From assembly GCF_001194135.2 (NCBI RefSeq), contig NC_068997.1, positions 19,540,457 to 19,604,456 on the forward strand: DNA of 64,000 nt. The letters are read 5' to 3'. The position numbers and the translations under genes are program-made. Positions 38,708 through 52,701 of this stretch are shown in pieces. Every line of letters begins with the position of its first letter. Position 1 is the first letter of the stretch. Under the pieces are notes generated by a model. That model was not told the DNA's origin, did not search any database, and was given only the letters and a program-made list of their open reading frames with translations. Source of the stretch: Octopus bimaculoides (Eukaryota).

Positions 38708-39844
38708 TATCACATTTGACAAAATGTTATTGTATAAAGAGAATTCTTTCCTTTGTTATCAGAATACATTGAAATTGCCTACATTTAATTCCTATTTACT
38801 CAGTTGTAATATCTGTCTTGGCTATTGGCTAGTCCCTAGACAAATAGGACATCAGACAAGGTTGACAAGAAGTAGTTAACCTCACTTTGTAAAAATGATG
38901 TCTGTAGAATATGAAAGAAAATGATGGCAAATTATTGTTCCAATGAAGAGGTAAATGAAAAACACATATTCACTTCAGTAAAAGTCCAGGACATTTTAAA
39001 AAGAAGTCTATTTTATTGGTTAGTAACCCAAGAAATGATGTCTGTAAATTTAGTTGATTCAGTTAACCAAATTTATTTCAAACAATGTAACTAAGTTAGT
39101 GTAAATGTTTAATATACAATCATAATCACTTTAAACTTACTAAAATAACATTTGAAGTGGTTTATGCGATTGAAAATTTGATTTTGAAGTGTTCGTCGTG
39201 TCATAGGGAAGATCTGATCTAAGACTTTTGCTATTAGAAATAGAAAACTTTTCAAATAAAATAAAGTGGATGTATATAGAAAAATAAACATTATTTTCCA
39301 TCTTACTGTTAGTTTCGTTTCATTTTGCAAAATAGAAATTTATTTTATGGTTTATTATTGGGGAAACCAAAATCTTTCAAGCGCTTGGGGACTCTATGGA
39401 TCATAACATGGCCCTGACAATACATGATATTGACATGGACAGAAAAAAGGGGATCAGCCTTTCCTAGCAATACGATGATCATTGAAGTACTGAAAAAACC
39501 TTATCTACTCTTAACTCACAGGCAGCACTATGATGATTTGTTCAGCTTTATCAACAGCAGTCACTTCAGTGAATAAGCTTGAGATCCATCAGCAGCAGCC
39601 AATCATAAGGATTCCTTTATTCAGCTGGTAATTTATTTTATCTCCAAAATATCTGGTTATGTAAGATAGCTTTTATCTTTTACTTGCTTCAATCATTAGA
39701 CTACTGCCATGCTGGGGCACCACATTGAAGGATTTTTAGTTGAACAAATCAACCCCAGTTTTTAAGCCGTGTAGGGTCCAAACACAAATACAAAGACACA
39801 CACAAACATGAATACATGTGTGTGTGTGTGTGTGNNNNNNNNNN

Positions 39845-39913
<69 letters not shown>

Positions 39914-40484
39914 TATATTATTATTATTATTGTAATTATCATTATTATTAAAAATAACATGGTGGCGAGCTGGCACAATCATTAGGATGCTGTGCAAAAC
40001 ACTTAGCTGCATCTTGCCTGTTTTTATGTTCTGAGTTGATGATATATATGGATTTACAAATACAATATCCCTACATTCACTCTCTATTTCCTATCTTATC
40101 TAAACTAACTATTGCTGTAACCACATCACCCCTAACATCTGGCCACTTAACTCCCCAGACTGTAACCCCCTTGAATATTATATGAGGGGTGCAGTTGAGC
40201 TAGAGACCAACAAAACTTCTTGTAACACCAAAGATGAACTGAAGGCAAAGACTATGGTGGGATTCATGAATTTAAACAAGGAGACTGTCCAGAAGAGTTA
40301 CAGGAGATTCTGAAGTCATCTGGAGGCATTAGCTGAAGCCAATGGTGATTTTATTGACTAAATTTACTCCTTAGTATTTTAATATATTTTTATGTAATTT
40401 TAGTAAATATATCTGTTAGAATGAGATGTCGGTGTTATTTTCATTTTTGCGTAATTTAGATGACAGTTTATTCACCACACTCTG

Positions 40485-40533
<49 letters not shown>

Positions 40534-42853
40534 GTGTGTGTGTGTGTGTGCGTGCACACGCATGTGTGTTTGGATGTACATGTGTGTGTGCATGTGTGTA
40601 TACACACATATCAGTTTCCATACAGTTTCAGTCTATCAAATTCACTCACAAGGGCATTAGTCAGTCCAGAGCTTATAGGGCTTCTGTAGAAGACACTTAC
40701 CCAAAGTTCAACTCAATGGGGCTGACCCCTCAAACAACATGGTTGCAAAGTGGGTCTCTTAACCAACACATAACTTTCTCTTGTTTAGTTTAGCTTAGTT
40801 TAGTTTTTCTTCTTAAAGAATAATAATAATTTATTTGTAATCATTCGGTCAAAAGCAATGACAAAAGCTGCCTTTCTACAAGTTTTTATCCCTCATTTTA
40901 TTATCTTTTGTATAAGTTACATAGCATTTTATGTTATTTCCTTTTGTTATTTCATTAGTTTTTACTTCCCTGTTATTGTCCTTCAAAAGCTGTCAGTGGT
41001 ATTGATGTGACAGTCATTAAGAAAATATATTTCCAGTGCAGAGAGCAACAGCCTGCTTTACAACTTCCCTAACATTTTGAATAAGTGCGTAACAATTGCA
41101 TTTCTACTGTTTAAAATGCATTAGCCAAGTTACTGGTATGATTGTGTGTTGTTTGCATTGTGACTACAAAAAGAAAAAAAAGAAAGAAAGAATTATAAGT
41201 AAATAACGAAAAAAAAAAACAAAGAAACAAAACATGATAGGCACAACTACAAAAAGAGAAAGAAAAAAAAGAATGCAATAATAGATAAATTCTATTAACG
41301 AAAACCTTAATCAATATTAGGGTTGAGCTGGAGATAAAATAATAATAATAATAATACAAAGAAGAAGAAGAGAGTGGGAGAAGTAGGGGAATAATGAAAA
41401 TAGCAATGATGATGATGACTTACAACAATGATGATGAAGAAAAAGATGATGACAATGTCAAAGATGATGACGATGATGATGATGATTAAAATCGATAAAA
41501 GATCTTCTGATGAACCCATAAAAGACCCTCCCAAAGATAGAAGCTACCAATAAAATAACAACAACATTAAAAAAAATAGGGAAAATGCAAACCTTGCTAT
41601 CATAAAACATGAAAACGGATACGAACATCAATATCACCAAGTTAACCCAACTAATACTTATAGTAGCCACAGTAATTACAAGAGAATGTGTACTCTTTCC
41701 ACAAATATAGAAAGAGACTAGAAATTAAATGTAATGATCTCTCAATCCCGAATGAAAAGACATTTGTGAAAAAAAAATGGACTGACAAATAATACAGATA
41801 CAAATTTTTTTTTTTAAATGAAAGTCATACTCAAAAATCAAAGAATGGCTTTAACAAGAGATCCTTAATAAAATGACAAAAAAAAACAAAAATTTTAACT
41901 TCATGGAAAGTGTCAGCAAATTTGAGAATAAAACAAAATGTTTGAATCCAGTTAAAACAATGTTTGCAGTGTGATTGCAAAGCAAGGCTTTAGTAGAAGA
42001 TACTTGCTGTACATTGGGATTGAAATAGATTTCTTGGCTGCAAAGCAAAATTCTTGACCAAATGGTCATGTCTGCATCTAACATATTTTCAATGCTCCTT
42101 TGCAGGGTGTCCCAAAAGTCATTGATGGGTTTCAATTCTTAATAACTTCCTTAACTTTACAAATAAATGCAAGAAATTTTTATACGATATAAAGGATATA
42201 ATGGAAATTAATATTCATGAGTCAAATTTTGCAACACCGCTACGTCGCATATGAAAAATGACATCGCTTAAATGGCAGCCATTTTCAGATTTGCATGCCT
42301 GTGTGCTTTCTAAAACTTGCCCATAACACCCTCAAGAGTTTCAGACCCTACTTCTCTGATTTCTCATTTGATGTTCTCTTTCAGTTGCACCAGGATCTCC
42401 GATTTGTTGATGTAAATCCTCTCTTTCTGGAGCCTGGGACAGCCTCCTAACTTGCCAGTCATCAGTCAAAACCATCCAACCCATGCTTCCATGGAAAGCG
42501 GATGTTAAGCAAAGATGATGTTGATGATGAAATTACTGCTCTAATTATTTAGCCTGCTCCATGTCAGACTGTTTAACCCATGCCAGCATCAAAAACGGAT
42601 GTTAAATGATGATGATATACATATACATATTTGTAGGTTATGAGTGATAGTGGTGTCAATTAGACCTAGAGGTTTCAAGTAATGCTGAGTAAGTGCTATG
42701 GATAGACCATAGTTAAGCTCCAGGTTCGGTGATTATATGAATAAGGGGTCCAATGTAGGTCATATATCAGTGTGTGTATATAAAGATTTACTTTTCGTAA
42801 TGAGATAAAAGAAACCAAGGCTGTGTACATTATAGAACATTTATAAATAGAGG

Positions 42854-42901
42854 GTCTTACAGCTGTTTCCAGGGTATTTATTATATCACTTCATCAGAGA
42901 C
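42854..42901 (-). ncRNA. Hammerhead ribozyme motif, left arm
   Basis: GUCU CUGAUGA AGUGAUAUAAUAAAUACCCUG GAAA CAGCUG UA / AGAC; helix III ACAGCUGU is self-complementary; helix II is imperfect. Confidence 0.65.
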
Positions 42902-43212
42902 GGTGTGAGAGGATGGTTAAGCAATACTTAGTTTAGATAAGATAGGAAATAGAGAGTGAATGTAGGGATATTGTATTTGTAAATCCATTGTTTAGGCAGA
43001 ATGGTATACGTATAAGATTCGAATACCTTGTGAGTAAAATCCAATTGTCTTTACGATTGGTCATTGCCTTTGTAAATCCATTATTAAGATTCCAATACCC
43101 TTATGTATACCATTCTGCCTATACAATGGATTTACAAATACAATATCCCTACATTCACTCTCTATTTCCTATCTTAACTAAACTAACTATTGCTTAATCA
43201 TCCTCTCACACC

Positions 43213-43260
43213 GTTTCCGATGAAGGGATATAATAAATATCCTGGAAACAGCTATAAGAC
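43213..43260 (+). ncRNA. Hammerhead ribozyme motif, right arm (degenerate: U4C and a helix III mismatch)
   Basis: GUUU CCGAUGA AGGGAUAU-AAUAA-AUAUCCUG GAAA CAGCUA UA / AGAC. Confidence 0.55.
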
Positions 43261-43569
43261 CTTCTATTTATAAATGTTCTATATTATACACAGCCTTGGT
43301 TTTTTATCTGATTACGAAAAGTAAATCCTTATATACATATTTGTATATATATGATGGGCTTCTTTCAGTTTTTGTTTATCAAATCTACTCACAAAGATTT
43401 GATCAGCACAGGGTTATAGTAGAAGACACTTGCCCAACATGTCATGCAGTGGGACTGAACCTGGAACCAAGTGGTTGGGAAGCAAACTTCTTACCACACA
43501 GCCCCACCTGTAAACAGAGATCATATGTCCAGCTCAAATGAGGTTAATAAGGACACATACAACATACAT

Positions 43570-43890
43570 ATTGGTTCTCTGTTGGTTACAATGTCAAGGG
43601 TTCCTGTTGATCCAATCAAAGGAACAGCCTACTCGTGAAATTAACATGCAAGTGGCTGAGCACTCCACAGACACATGTACCCTTAAAGCAGTTCCCAAGG
43701 AGATTCGGTATAAAGCAGAATGTGACAAAGCTGGCCCCTTTGAATACAAGTGTTACTCACTTTTGCTAGCTGAGTGGACTGGTGCAATGTGAAATAAAGA
43801 GTCTTGCTCAAGGAGACAATGCACCACCAGGAATTGAACTCATGGCCATATGACTGTAAGCCAAATTCCCTAATCACTAAGCCTTCACAC
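43570..43890 (-). mobile_element. SINE with tRNA head, CORE-like segment and Deu/Nin-like tail
   Basis: Minus strand: GAGTTCAATTCC B box, CTTGAGCAAGACTCTTTATTTCACATTGCACCAGTCCACTCAGCT, then the same tail as 33274-33637. Confidence 0.65.
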
Positions 43891-44280
43891 AACATATATA
43901 CATATGCATGTACATACACATACAGAAATGCATTCATACACCCCCGTAAATTGCTATAAATATACCTACACGAACACATATACACCCACACAGTGTATAC
44001 ATAAATGTACAGGAAATAAAAGAATGTATTGAAAATACTCAAAATAGGAAATAGCAAAACAAAGTTTAAAATAAAAATAAATATAAATGATAAATAGCAA
44101 CAAAACCATCATGAAAAATTTGCAAAAGACAATAATTTAGAATGAAGATAAAAATGTAATCAATGGAATTGATCGTGAGTGGGGAAAAGTTTAAGAAAAA
44201 GTTTTCAAATTCCTTCAATGTATACGAAAGATAGGATATACATACATGCATAGACACATACATATATACAGACATATACA

Positions 44281-44319
<39 letters not shown>

Positions 44320-45902
44320 GCACATAATGCATGTATATATACACACGTGTGTGTATGCATCATAAATATAGATATTTTATCTGATATATTGAATTCATAT
44401 GACCTGCATTGAGTACTGTTTACAAAAGAGATTACTGTAGTTGTGTGGGAAGACCAGATGGTCTAAAATAGGCTGGTCAATAAATTTTCTTATCAATGTC
44501 ATACAGTAATCATTGGTTAACTATTCTTTAAGTTACAGTAATCCATTTTATGAGGTCACTTGATCTGCAACCCNNNNNNNNNNNNNNNNAAAAGGTTAAT
44601 GACTGAGGCAAAGGTACTTTTGTGTGGTTGAGAAACTTAGTTGCAATTACAGGATTTGGGGTTCAGTCCCACTGAAAGGCATGTTGAGCAAGCATCTTTT
44701 ACTTAAGTCTGTAATAATCATCCAAAAATTGTTTCCCTTGATTGTTAGGTTGTTGCACTTATGATTGCAAGATTCTGGGTTCAATTCCCTGACAGGGCAG
44801 CACATTGTGTTCTTGAGTAAAACACTTCATTTCATGTTGCTGCAGTTCACTCAGCTGTGAATGGGTAACCCTGTAATGGAATAAGCTTCCTATCTAGGGA
44901 AATATTGCCTACTGGCAATATTTGAAGGTGGCAACATTTGAAGGCTAAAACTGCAAAGCGCATGGTGACCAGTGATGTATAAGAACATCCAATAGTCTGG
45001 TCAATACCAGGATACCATGATACACACATACAAATTGGCCTTTCAGTTTCCATCTACCAACTATACTCACAAGGCTTTGGTCTCTCTGGAACTATAATAA
45101 AAGTCCAAGGTACCATGAAAAGGGGACTGATCCCAAAACCACATGGTTGGGAAATAAACTTCTTAACCACACATCCACACTCTAGATAATACACAATGGA
45201 ACTGACAAACATCAAATAGAATGTTTGTAGTATTCATTCCAACATTTTGCATTCTGGGCTCAAATCCTGAGCTCAACTTTACCTTTCAGCCTTCTGGAGT
45301 AAAAAAAAAAAAAAAAACTGTACTAGTTAAATACTTTGACCAATTCTTCTCTCTAGGAATTGGTTACATTATTGCACAGTGAGGAATGTGGGAACTATTC
45401 CCAGGATCCCTTTCTCCTAAAATCAAGGAAAGGCTTGAACAAAGTTGTTATTCTACACTCACTGAATAACATTTATGCCAAAAATTTCCTACTGGAAATT
45501 GATCATAACTGTCTTCAAATTGAAAGCCTCTGTATGAATTATAGTTGTTAGATGAGCAAGCACAACACACACATACACACAAGCACACAGAGAGAAACAC
45601 ACACACACACACACACACACACATTCCTTGTTGGCTTGGGGATTTGTGCAATTTGCTCATCAGTTGTGATAAAGCTGCAAGGACCTTAGCTAGCAGCAAA
45701 CGTCCATGAAACTCAATTTTAACTGGAAGCTATGTTGTAAAAAAAAACAAAACAAAAAAACAAAAAGCAACAACACTATAAAATACAAAAAAATCCAACA
45801 AGGTACAAAGCAATTTAGCTATTTACTTTCATTCATGTTTATTACTGTTACTATTATTACAATTAGATTATAGTAATATTATATATATGTGCATATGTTG
45901 CA

Positions 45903-45935
<33 letters not shown>

Positions 45936-45964
45936 GCACACACACATATATAAACATAACATAC

Positions 45965-46017
<53 letters not shown>

Positions 46018-46367
46018 GTATATATTATATATATATGTATATATATGTGTGCATCTGTGTATGTGTGTCTGGGCATGTATGTGTGTGTCTGTATATATAC
46101 TGATATTGGATGTTTGTGTGTATTCTGTATGTATGTATGTCTTTATGTATGTATTGTGTACCTGTATGTGTGTGTGTGTGTGTATGCATGCCTGTGTGTG
46201 TGCATGAGGTGTGAAGGAGAGAGAGAGAGAAAGAGAGAAGATGGATTGTTATAGGACATTTCTGAGATGTGCAAATAGAGCTGAGTGTGATGCTTTATTG
46301 ATTAGCAGATCAATAACATTAGTATGCACTATGATTGATAAACACCAGGTGACTCTCAGAGAGCAAG

Positions 46368-46402
<35 letters not shown>

Positions 46403-47289
46403 GTTAAAGTTAAAGAGCAAGTTAGAAGAAAAAAAAGGAAAACTGAGATAATACAGACAGATATGTATACAATGGAACAGAGACACAGACAGATAACAAG
46501 TTAGACTAACAGATAGATAGACTGATGAACAGATAGACTGATAGACAGATGGAGAGATAGATTGACTAAGAGATAGAACAGAGATATAGAGAAAGTGACT
46601 GAAAGAACAAATTGTCTCCCCTGTCTTTTACAATCAGAATTAATCATTTAAATTATGTATTCATTCTCATAATTTAATTTAAATTTTAATTAATTAAAAT
46701 TTCTTTTGCCTACTATATTGAGTAACATAGTACTCATTTTACTATGAAGTTTTCATGCAGCAAGTACCCCTGAGTATTTTGCAACAGTAATCTTTTGTTT
46801 GAAATTATTACTTCAATCAGAAAAAAAAAAACACATCTCCTAGCACTTTTTTGTCTTGTATCTTTTACCTTTTTTTCAGACATTGGACTGTGACCAGGCT
46901 GGAGCACTGCCTTGCAGTGTTTAGTTAAACAGATTGACCTCAGTACTTGTATTCATTCTGTCAGTCCATTTTGCTGAACTGCTAATATATGGGAACATAA
47001 ACAAACCGATACGGATTGTCAAGTAGTCAGGAGATAAACACAAATGCCCAAAAATATACACATAGAGGTGCAGGTATGGCTGTGTGGTAAGAAGCTTGCT
47101 TCCCAACCACATGGTTCTAGGTTCAGTCCCACTGCATCATGGTAGCTTGGGCAAGTGTCTTCTACTATAGCTTTGGCCAACTAAAGCCTTGTGAGATGTT
47201 TTGCAAAAGAACTTGCACATGCAAGTGCTGCCAGTCGAGAACTCTGCATACCGGAAGCCAGCAAGTGTATGGGGTCATCAGGAGAGAAT

Positions 47290-47925
47290 GCATGTTGTTT
47301 CTAGGCCTCCCACTCGACGGCTTCAATGTGCACTCCTCCCCCCCACACATACACTGATATGAGGCCCTGCTTGCTAGATCAACTAGTTATTAAATAAAGC
47401 TCAATATTCTTTTAGCCATCGCTCATCGTCTCTTTTTAACCAAATCCAGTGGCTAGCCTTCTCCACTGTAGTTTGGATATCACTCATGGTGGTATTTACC
47501 TTACGATGAGTTAGGCCTAACGATAACAGCAGTCGTCTCACACTGTGTCCTACAAACCCTCTACATCCGACTTCGATTGGAAAACGCTCCACTTTTCAAC
47601 CTGCGTCTTCACATTCCTCAAGGAGGTTTACATAACGGACAATCTTTCGAGCCCAAGCAGCGTCCATGTTATCTTCATGGGGAACCGTTAACTCAACTAG
47701 ATCCATAACTTTCTGTCCTTCACACCACATTAAAAGGTCCAGTTTTTTCATAACTGGGATGGGAAAGAATCCCTGGAACCTTGGTAAATCTGCAGTCACC
47801 TCCCAATAGCTGTTCCACTTTACATCACTCACAGGAAGTCTTTTTTTCTTCTTCTTGAAATGGATCCGCTGTCCTGAGTGCACGATGGTAATGAAATCTT
47901 GTCTTGCAAGTTACTCGCTGACCCT
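47290..47925 (-). mobile_element. 5'-truncated RLE-type non-LTR retrotransposon (HERO-like, R2 group), endonuclease domain plus 3' UTR
   Basis: LDLLMWCEGQKVMDLVELTVPHEDNM...RKIVRY..LLEEC..AG / ERFPIEVGCRGF...AS HWIWLKR; frameshift between ORFs 47596-47883 and 47401-47592. Confidence 0.85.
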
Positions 47926-48229
47926 GATGGTGCTGGTGCCACATAAAAATCATACAGTCCACACTGTAGTGTGGTTAGCATTTGGAAGAGCATCCAACTG
48001 TAAAAACCACACCAAAACTGATCTCGCCTGTGCTGGTGCCATGTAAAAATCAGTATCCACCTATCCACTATGTGGAGTAGTTGGTGTCAGGAAGGGCTTC
48101 CAGCCATAAAACCCTGCCAAAACAGACACAGTAGAGTAGGATAGTCTTCTACTAGACCGGCACCTGTCAAACCATCCAATCCTTGCTTGTATGGAAGATA
48201 GGTGATAAATGGCGATGATGATGATGATG

Positions 48230-48260
<31 letters not shown>

Positions 48261-49923
48261 TACAGCAGACTTCTTTCAGTTTCCATCTACCAAATCCATT
48301 CACAAGGCTTTGGTTGGCCCAAGGCTATAGTAGAAAATGCTTGCACAAGGTGTCATGCTGTGGAACTGAACCCGGAACCATGTGATTGGGAAGCAAACTT
48401 CTTACCAGACAGCCACACCAGCCGCCTGTTTTTGTATGATGAAAGTTAAGTATCTTAGTCATAGCAACACCAACACCATGACAATGATAAGATTATCAGT
48501 CCTGTGGCCATCCATGCCCTCCTCACCAACGGTATAGTTATGTCATTTTGATGATGTGATGCCTGCGCTCACTTTACAACAGGATATTACAACTGGGTGT
48601 ATACGAACGGAAGTGTGTAGAGACGCTGTCAGCAGATAAGCAGTGTGAGAAGATAGGGAGTCAATGTCTTTTGTTTCTTCTCTTTATTCTTATTCAAATG
48701 ATAGTGGGAATATCATGCTGACAGGATGTGGAAATACATAGCTCCACAAATAAAGAATAACTGTCTGGTGTTTCTTTTTCGGTTAGGGTTTTTATGTTTT
48801 ATTTCTATTTAAAAGAAAGGCTACTAGAACTATATCTTTTCACCAAACACAATATAATCATATAGAAAAAAAAGCAAAAAAAAACATGAAGAATAAATAA
48901 AAGTGTATAAATAAATAAATGAAAACTAGACAGAAGATTATAGATGTGTGTGTTTGTGTGAAGGTGCAGACATGGCTGGGTCATTAAGAAGCTTGCTTCT
49001 GATCCATGTGGTCTCAGGTTCAGTCCTACAGCATTGGACCTTAGGCAATTGCTTTCTACAGTAATCCTGGATTGAATCATAGAATTATAAATGGGTTTGG
49101 TATAGAACTTCAGGTAATCCTAAGACGAGATCCAAAGTTGGAAGTCCATCACTAGCTGACTTGGTAAATCTGTGGTTGCATTACCAAGTTGATAAGGTAT
49201 GTTTTCACAGGTTGATATACAAGAAAAAACATAAATAATGGGCTTTATACAATAATTTTAGCATAACATATTAAGCAACACTAATTATAAAAAAAAAAAC
49301 ATTAAAAAAACAAGCTTTTGATGGTTTTATTGATATTCCAAAATTATGATGCTATGATGCTAGCTGTTTCCATTATTTTGTCCAACCTCTCTATAAGTGT
49401 ATATAACACACACACACACATTCATATATGTGACAATATTGATATAATGAAAGCATCATCCCCTTCCAGCCTTGAACCTTGCTTTGTAGTCACATGTTGT
49501 ACATAGAATATGTGACACACATACAGCGTTTGGTTGAGATGTCTCTTCTTTGCACAGCTGTATTTCTTATCAATGCCATCGATCCTTTAACTCTCAAACA
49601 CATTAATCCAATGAAAGTACGTGTCAGCAGGATTCTTAGTTGCGTGGGAGTGTTTCCAGTTTGGGATATTAGCCTTACAGTTAGCTCTGAGTTTTCTTCC
49701 ATATTGACTTTCTTCTGGATGGTATTTAAGGTAATGGTTAGGCACAGGCCTGGCTGTGTGATTAAGGATATCATTTTGCAATCATGTAGTTTTGAGTTCA
49801 ATCCCACTTCTCAGCACCTTGAGCAAGTATCTTCTGTTATAGTCCTTGGCAGACAAATGTCTTGGGAGTGAATTTGGTAGGCAAAAACTGTGTGGAAGCC
49901 AGTTATACATATATATATATATA

Positions 49924-49953
<30 letters not shown>

Positions 49954-49954
<1 letters not shown>

Positions 49955-50600
49955 CAGATTGAGCAAAGAGTAAGCAATGTTTTGAACCATGAAGAATTTG
50001 TACCAGATATTTGCAAAGTTTTGAATTATTTTAAACATCCTTTTGCCATTGACTGATAATACAGACATAAACTTGCCCAAATGCATCAATAAATTAACAT
50101 TGATATTTTTTTCCACCATTGTTACAATCATCTGAAATGGAACTGTCAAAGTGTGATATTCGAGCAGTTTTGCTATTCAACTTCAAAAAAGGATGTAAAG
50201 CAGCTGAAACTGCTTGTGATATCAACGAAACATTTGGTGTGGAAATGACCAGTGAGTGGTCAGCTCGAAAATGATTGCCTTGAAGATCCTGAGTGTAGTG
50301 GATGCCATTCTATCATCGATAACGGTCAATTAAAGACCGTCAATGAGAAAAATCCATGTAAAACCACTTGAGAACTGGCAAAAGAACTTCAAGTTAGCCA
50401 GAAAACTGACTGCAAGCATTTGCGTGTGATCAGAAAATCAAAAAAGCTCAACAAATGGGTACCACATGATTTGAATGAAAATCCAAAAATGCGTAGATAT
50501 GAAATTTACTTGTTGCTTCTTCTCCATAACCAAACTGATCCACTTCTCAACAATATTGTAATATGTGATGAAAAGTGGATTCTGTACAGTAATAAAAAAT
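49954..50600 (+). mobile_element. Mariner transposase pseudogene (left TIR plus HTH and WVPHDL...CDEKWI region)
   Basis: MADE1-like TIR at 49954; ATG at 50137, MELSKCDIRAVLLFNFKKGCKAAETA...; KKLNKWVPHDLNEN...IVICDEKWILY; stops and frameshifts present. Confidence 0.88.
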
Positions 50601-50645
50601 AGATAGATATACTTGTATATACATATGCACACACACACACATATA

Positions 50646-50694
<49 letters not shown>

Positions 50695-50983
50695 TACATA
50701 CATGTGTATGTACGAAGAGGTGCTGAAATGTTCTTGACTTTACATGTATTGTGAAAGGCCTGGTCAGAGGCCCAACATTCTGAGTTCTTTTGTAGGGCTT
50801 AAGAAAACCAAAGGACTGCTGCAATAAGTGTGTGAATCTGAGAGGGGAATATGTTCAATAAAATCATAATTAACTGATCCTCCTGTATTTTCTTTTACCC
50901 AAAGCCAGGAACTTTGCAGCCCTCCTACCTTATATATATGCACACACTTACACACACATATGTATATATATATATATGCATAC

Positions 50984-51016
<33 letters not shown>

Positions 51017-51289
51017 TGAATGAGCGTGTGTGTAACTTAGTGTTTGTATTTGTTCTCCACACCACCCCCTGCCATCTGGTGTTGGTTTGTTTACCTTACC
51101 ATAACTTAGTGGTGTGGCAAAAAAGACTGATAGAATAAGTACCAGACTTTAAAAAAATGCAACTATTGGTGTTGATTTGTTTGATTAAACCCTATATGGC
51201 GATGCCCCAGCATGGCCACAGTGCTATGAATGAAACAAATAAAAGCCAAAAGAAAATAAAAGATATCATTTAGTCATATAGAGTTTCTG

Positions 51290-51530
51290 GTAACTCCCAA
51301 GATAGGATTTGCTTTGGAATTCAGAACTTCCTCAGATGAGCTATCTGACATATTTGATTTGGTAACCTTTAATCTTCCAGCCCAGTTTGCTTTGAATAAG
51401 AATGGTGTTATTCCTTATCTTATTTGTCTGGATAAACACAAAGGTGATTTTCAGGTAGAAATTAAGGTGATTTGTGGTCAATAACAGTCCAAGCCTCAGA
51501 AGCATACAGAGTAGTATAACAGCATACCAT
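51290..51530 (-). mobile_element. Degenerate RTE LINE RT fragment
   Basis: TTLYASEAWTV motif, followed by a frameshifted region resembling the RTE C-terminus. Confidence 0.55.
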
Positions 51531-52329
51531 AATATTATATATACATATATGTATATATATATATATATATATATAAATACACACACACACATACATATAT
51601 AGGTGTATGTATATGTGTATATATATATATTTGTATGTGTATGTATATGCATACAATATATGCCTATATATTTATATGCTTATATATCTATAAGGCTATA
51701 TATTTATATTTATATATATGTACATATATATATATCATCATCATCATTTAACATCTATTGTCCATGCTGGCATGGGTTGGACAGTTTGACTGGGCTGGCA
51801 CACTGGAAGGCTGCACCAGACTCCAGTCTGATTTGGTATGGTTTTCTGTGGCTGGATACCCTTCCTTATGCCAACCCCTTTGAGAGTGTAATGGGTGCCT
51901 TTACATGCCACCAGTACAGGTGCTATTGGTGTGACAAAGAGAGGCTCTTTGTTGCCAGCAGGAGTAGGAGCTAACTGAATTTTGCCCAGCCTAATCTTAT
52001 TCTCACAGCTACACTTTCGGAGCATTCACCTCTACTACTAACTTGGCCACCTAGATAATGGAGGCTATCTACTACCTCTAGCTTGCTCTTCTGGTAGTTG
52101 ATGGAGTCTATTTTCTTTGGCTAGGTATTTCTGCTGAAGCTGCTTTACCAGAAATATAGCATCAGTGGTGCTTCTACCTTGCACAAAACCAAAGTGCATC
52201 TCATCTAGACTAACTCTCTCTCTAATTAGTTGGACCATGACTCTCCATTATATATATATATATATCGCCATGATAGATCATTAGCCACTAAACCTTTTTC
52301 TATTTTCTCTCCCTGCTTATTTTTGTGTT

Positions 52330-52367
52330 CCTTTCTGTCAAAGAGCATAGGCTCGAAATGCAAAAGA
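52330..52367 (+). ncRNA. Hammerhead-like motif, family C (U6 variant), degenerate copy
   Basis: CCUUU CUGUCAA A GAGC-AUAG-GCUC GAAA UG CA AAAGA. Confidence 0.45.
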
Positions 52368-52646
52368 CTTTCTCATTTCCTGAGCGTGAAACTAATACAT
52401 CTGTTTGTTGTTTACACATCCGTCTTCGTCTTTTGTCTTTTTGTAAATTCTTCCTCTATATATTTCTATATATATATATATATAGGTATATAGATATAGA
52501 GTGAGAAAGAGAGAGAGAGGGAAGGGTGAGAGGAAGAAAATGGTTTGGAAGGGAAGGAGAGATGGAGGTATGTAGGTCTTCTGGTGCAGATTTGAGGCAG
52601 AGCTCTGTGGGAGTTTTCGGTATAAGGGAAGAGATTACTGGTATAC

Positions 52647-52701
52647 GAGAAGGGATTTCCAATATGAGAGAAGGGATTTCCAATATGAGAGAAGGGATTT
52701 C
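52647..52701. repeat. 21-bp minisatellite, 2.6 copies
   Basis: GAGAAGGGATTTCCAATATGA repeated. Confidence 0.85.

Larger units (their letters stand above)
42775..43336. mobile_element. Foldback element with two inverted arms of about 240 bp (Penelope inverted pLTR-like), each carrying a hammerhead motif
   Basis: 42775-43016 is the reverse complement of 43099-43336 with scattered mismatches. A truncated copy of the same arm lies at about 40048-40115. Confidence 0.8.

Noticed and set aside
33541-38722. Long ORFs of 220-340 aa
   Set aside because: They are open only because they run through N gaps; the same applies near 17.3, 30.0 and 61.1 kb.
42630-42770. Possible PLE endonuclease C-terminus (LKPLGL) next to the foldback element
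   Set aside because: The match is too short and degenerate to support.
45879-46254. YI/CV/HT-repeat ORFs here and at 12.6, 18.6, 40.4, 53.1 and 62 kb
   Set aside because: Dinucleotide and tetranucleotide microsatellites with no coding signal.
47265-47330. GAAAC followed by CTGATGA in the HERO-like 3' UTR (minus strand)
   Set aside because: Only about 16 nt separate the motifs, too short to form both helix III and helix I of a type II hammerhead.
49479-49871. Overlapping ORFs of 105-130 aa
   Set aside because: No recognisable domain or splice structure; embedded among SINE fragments.
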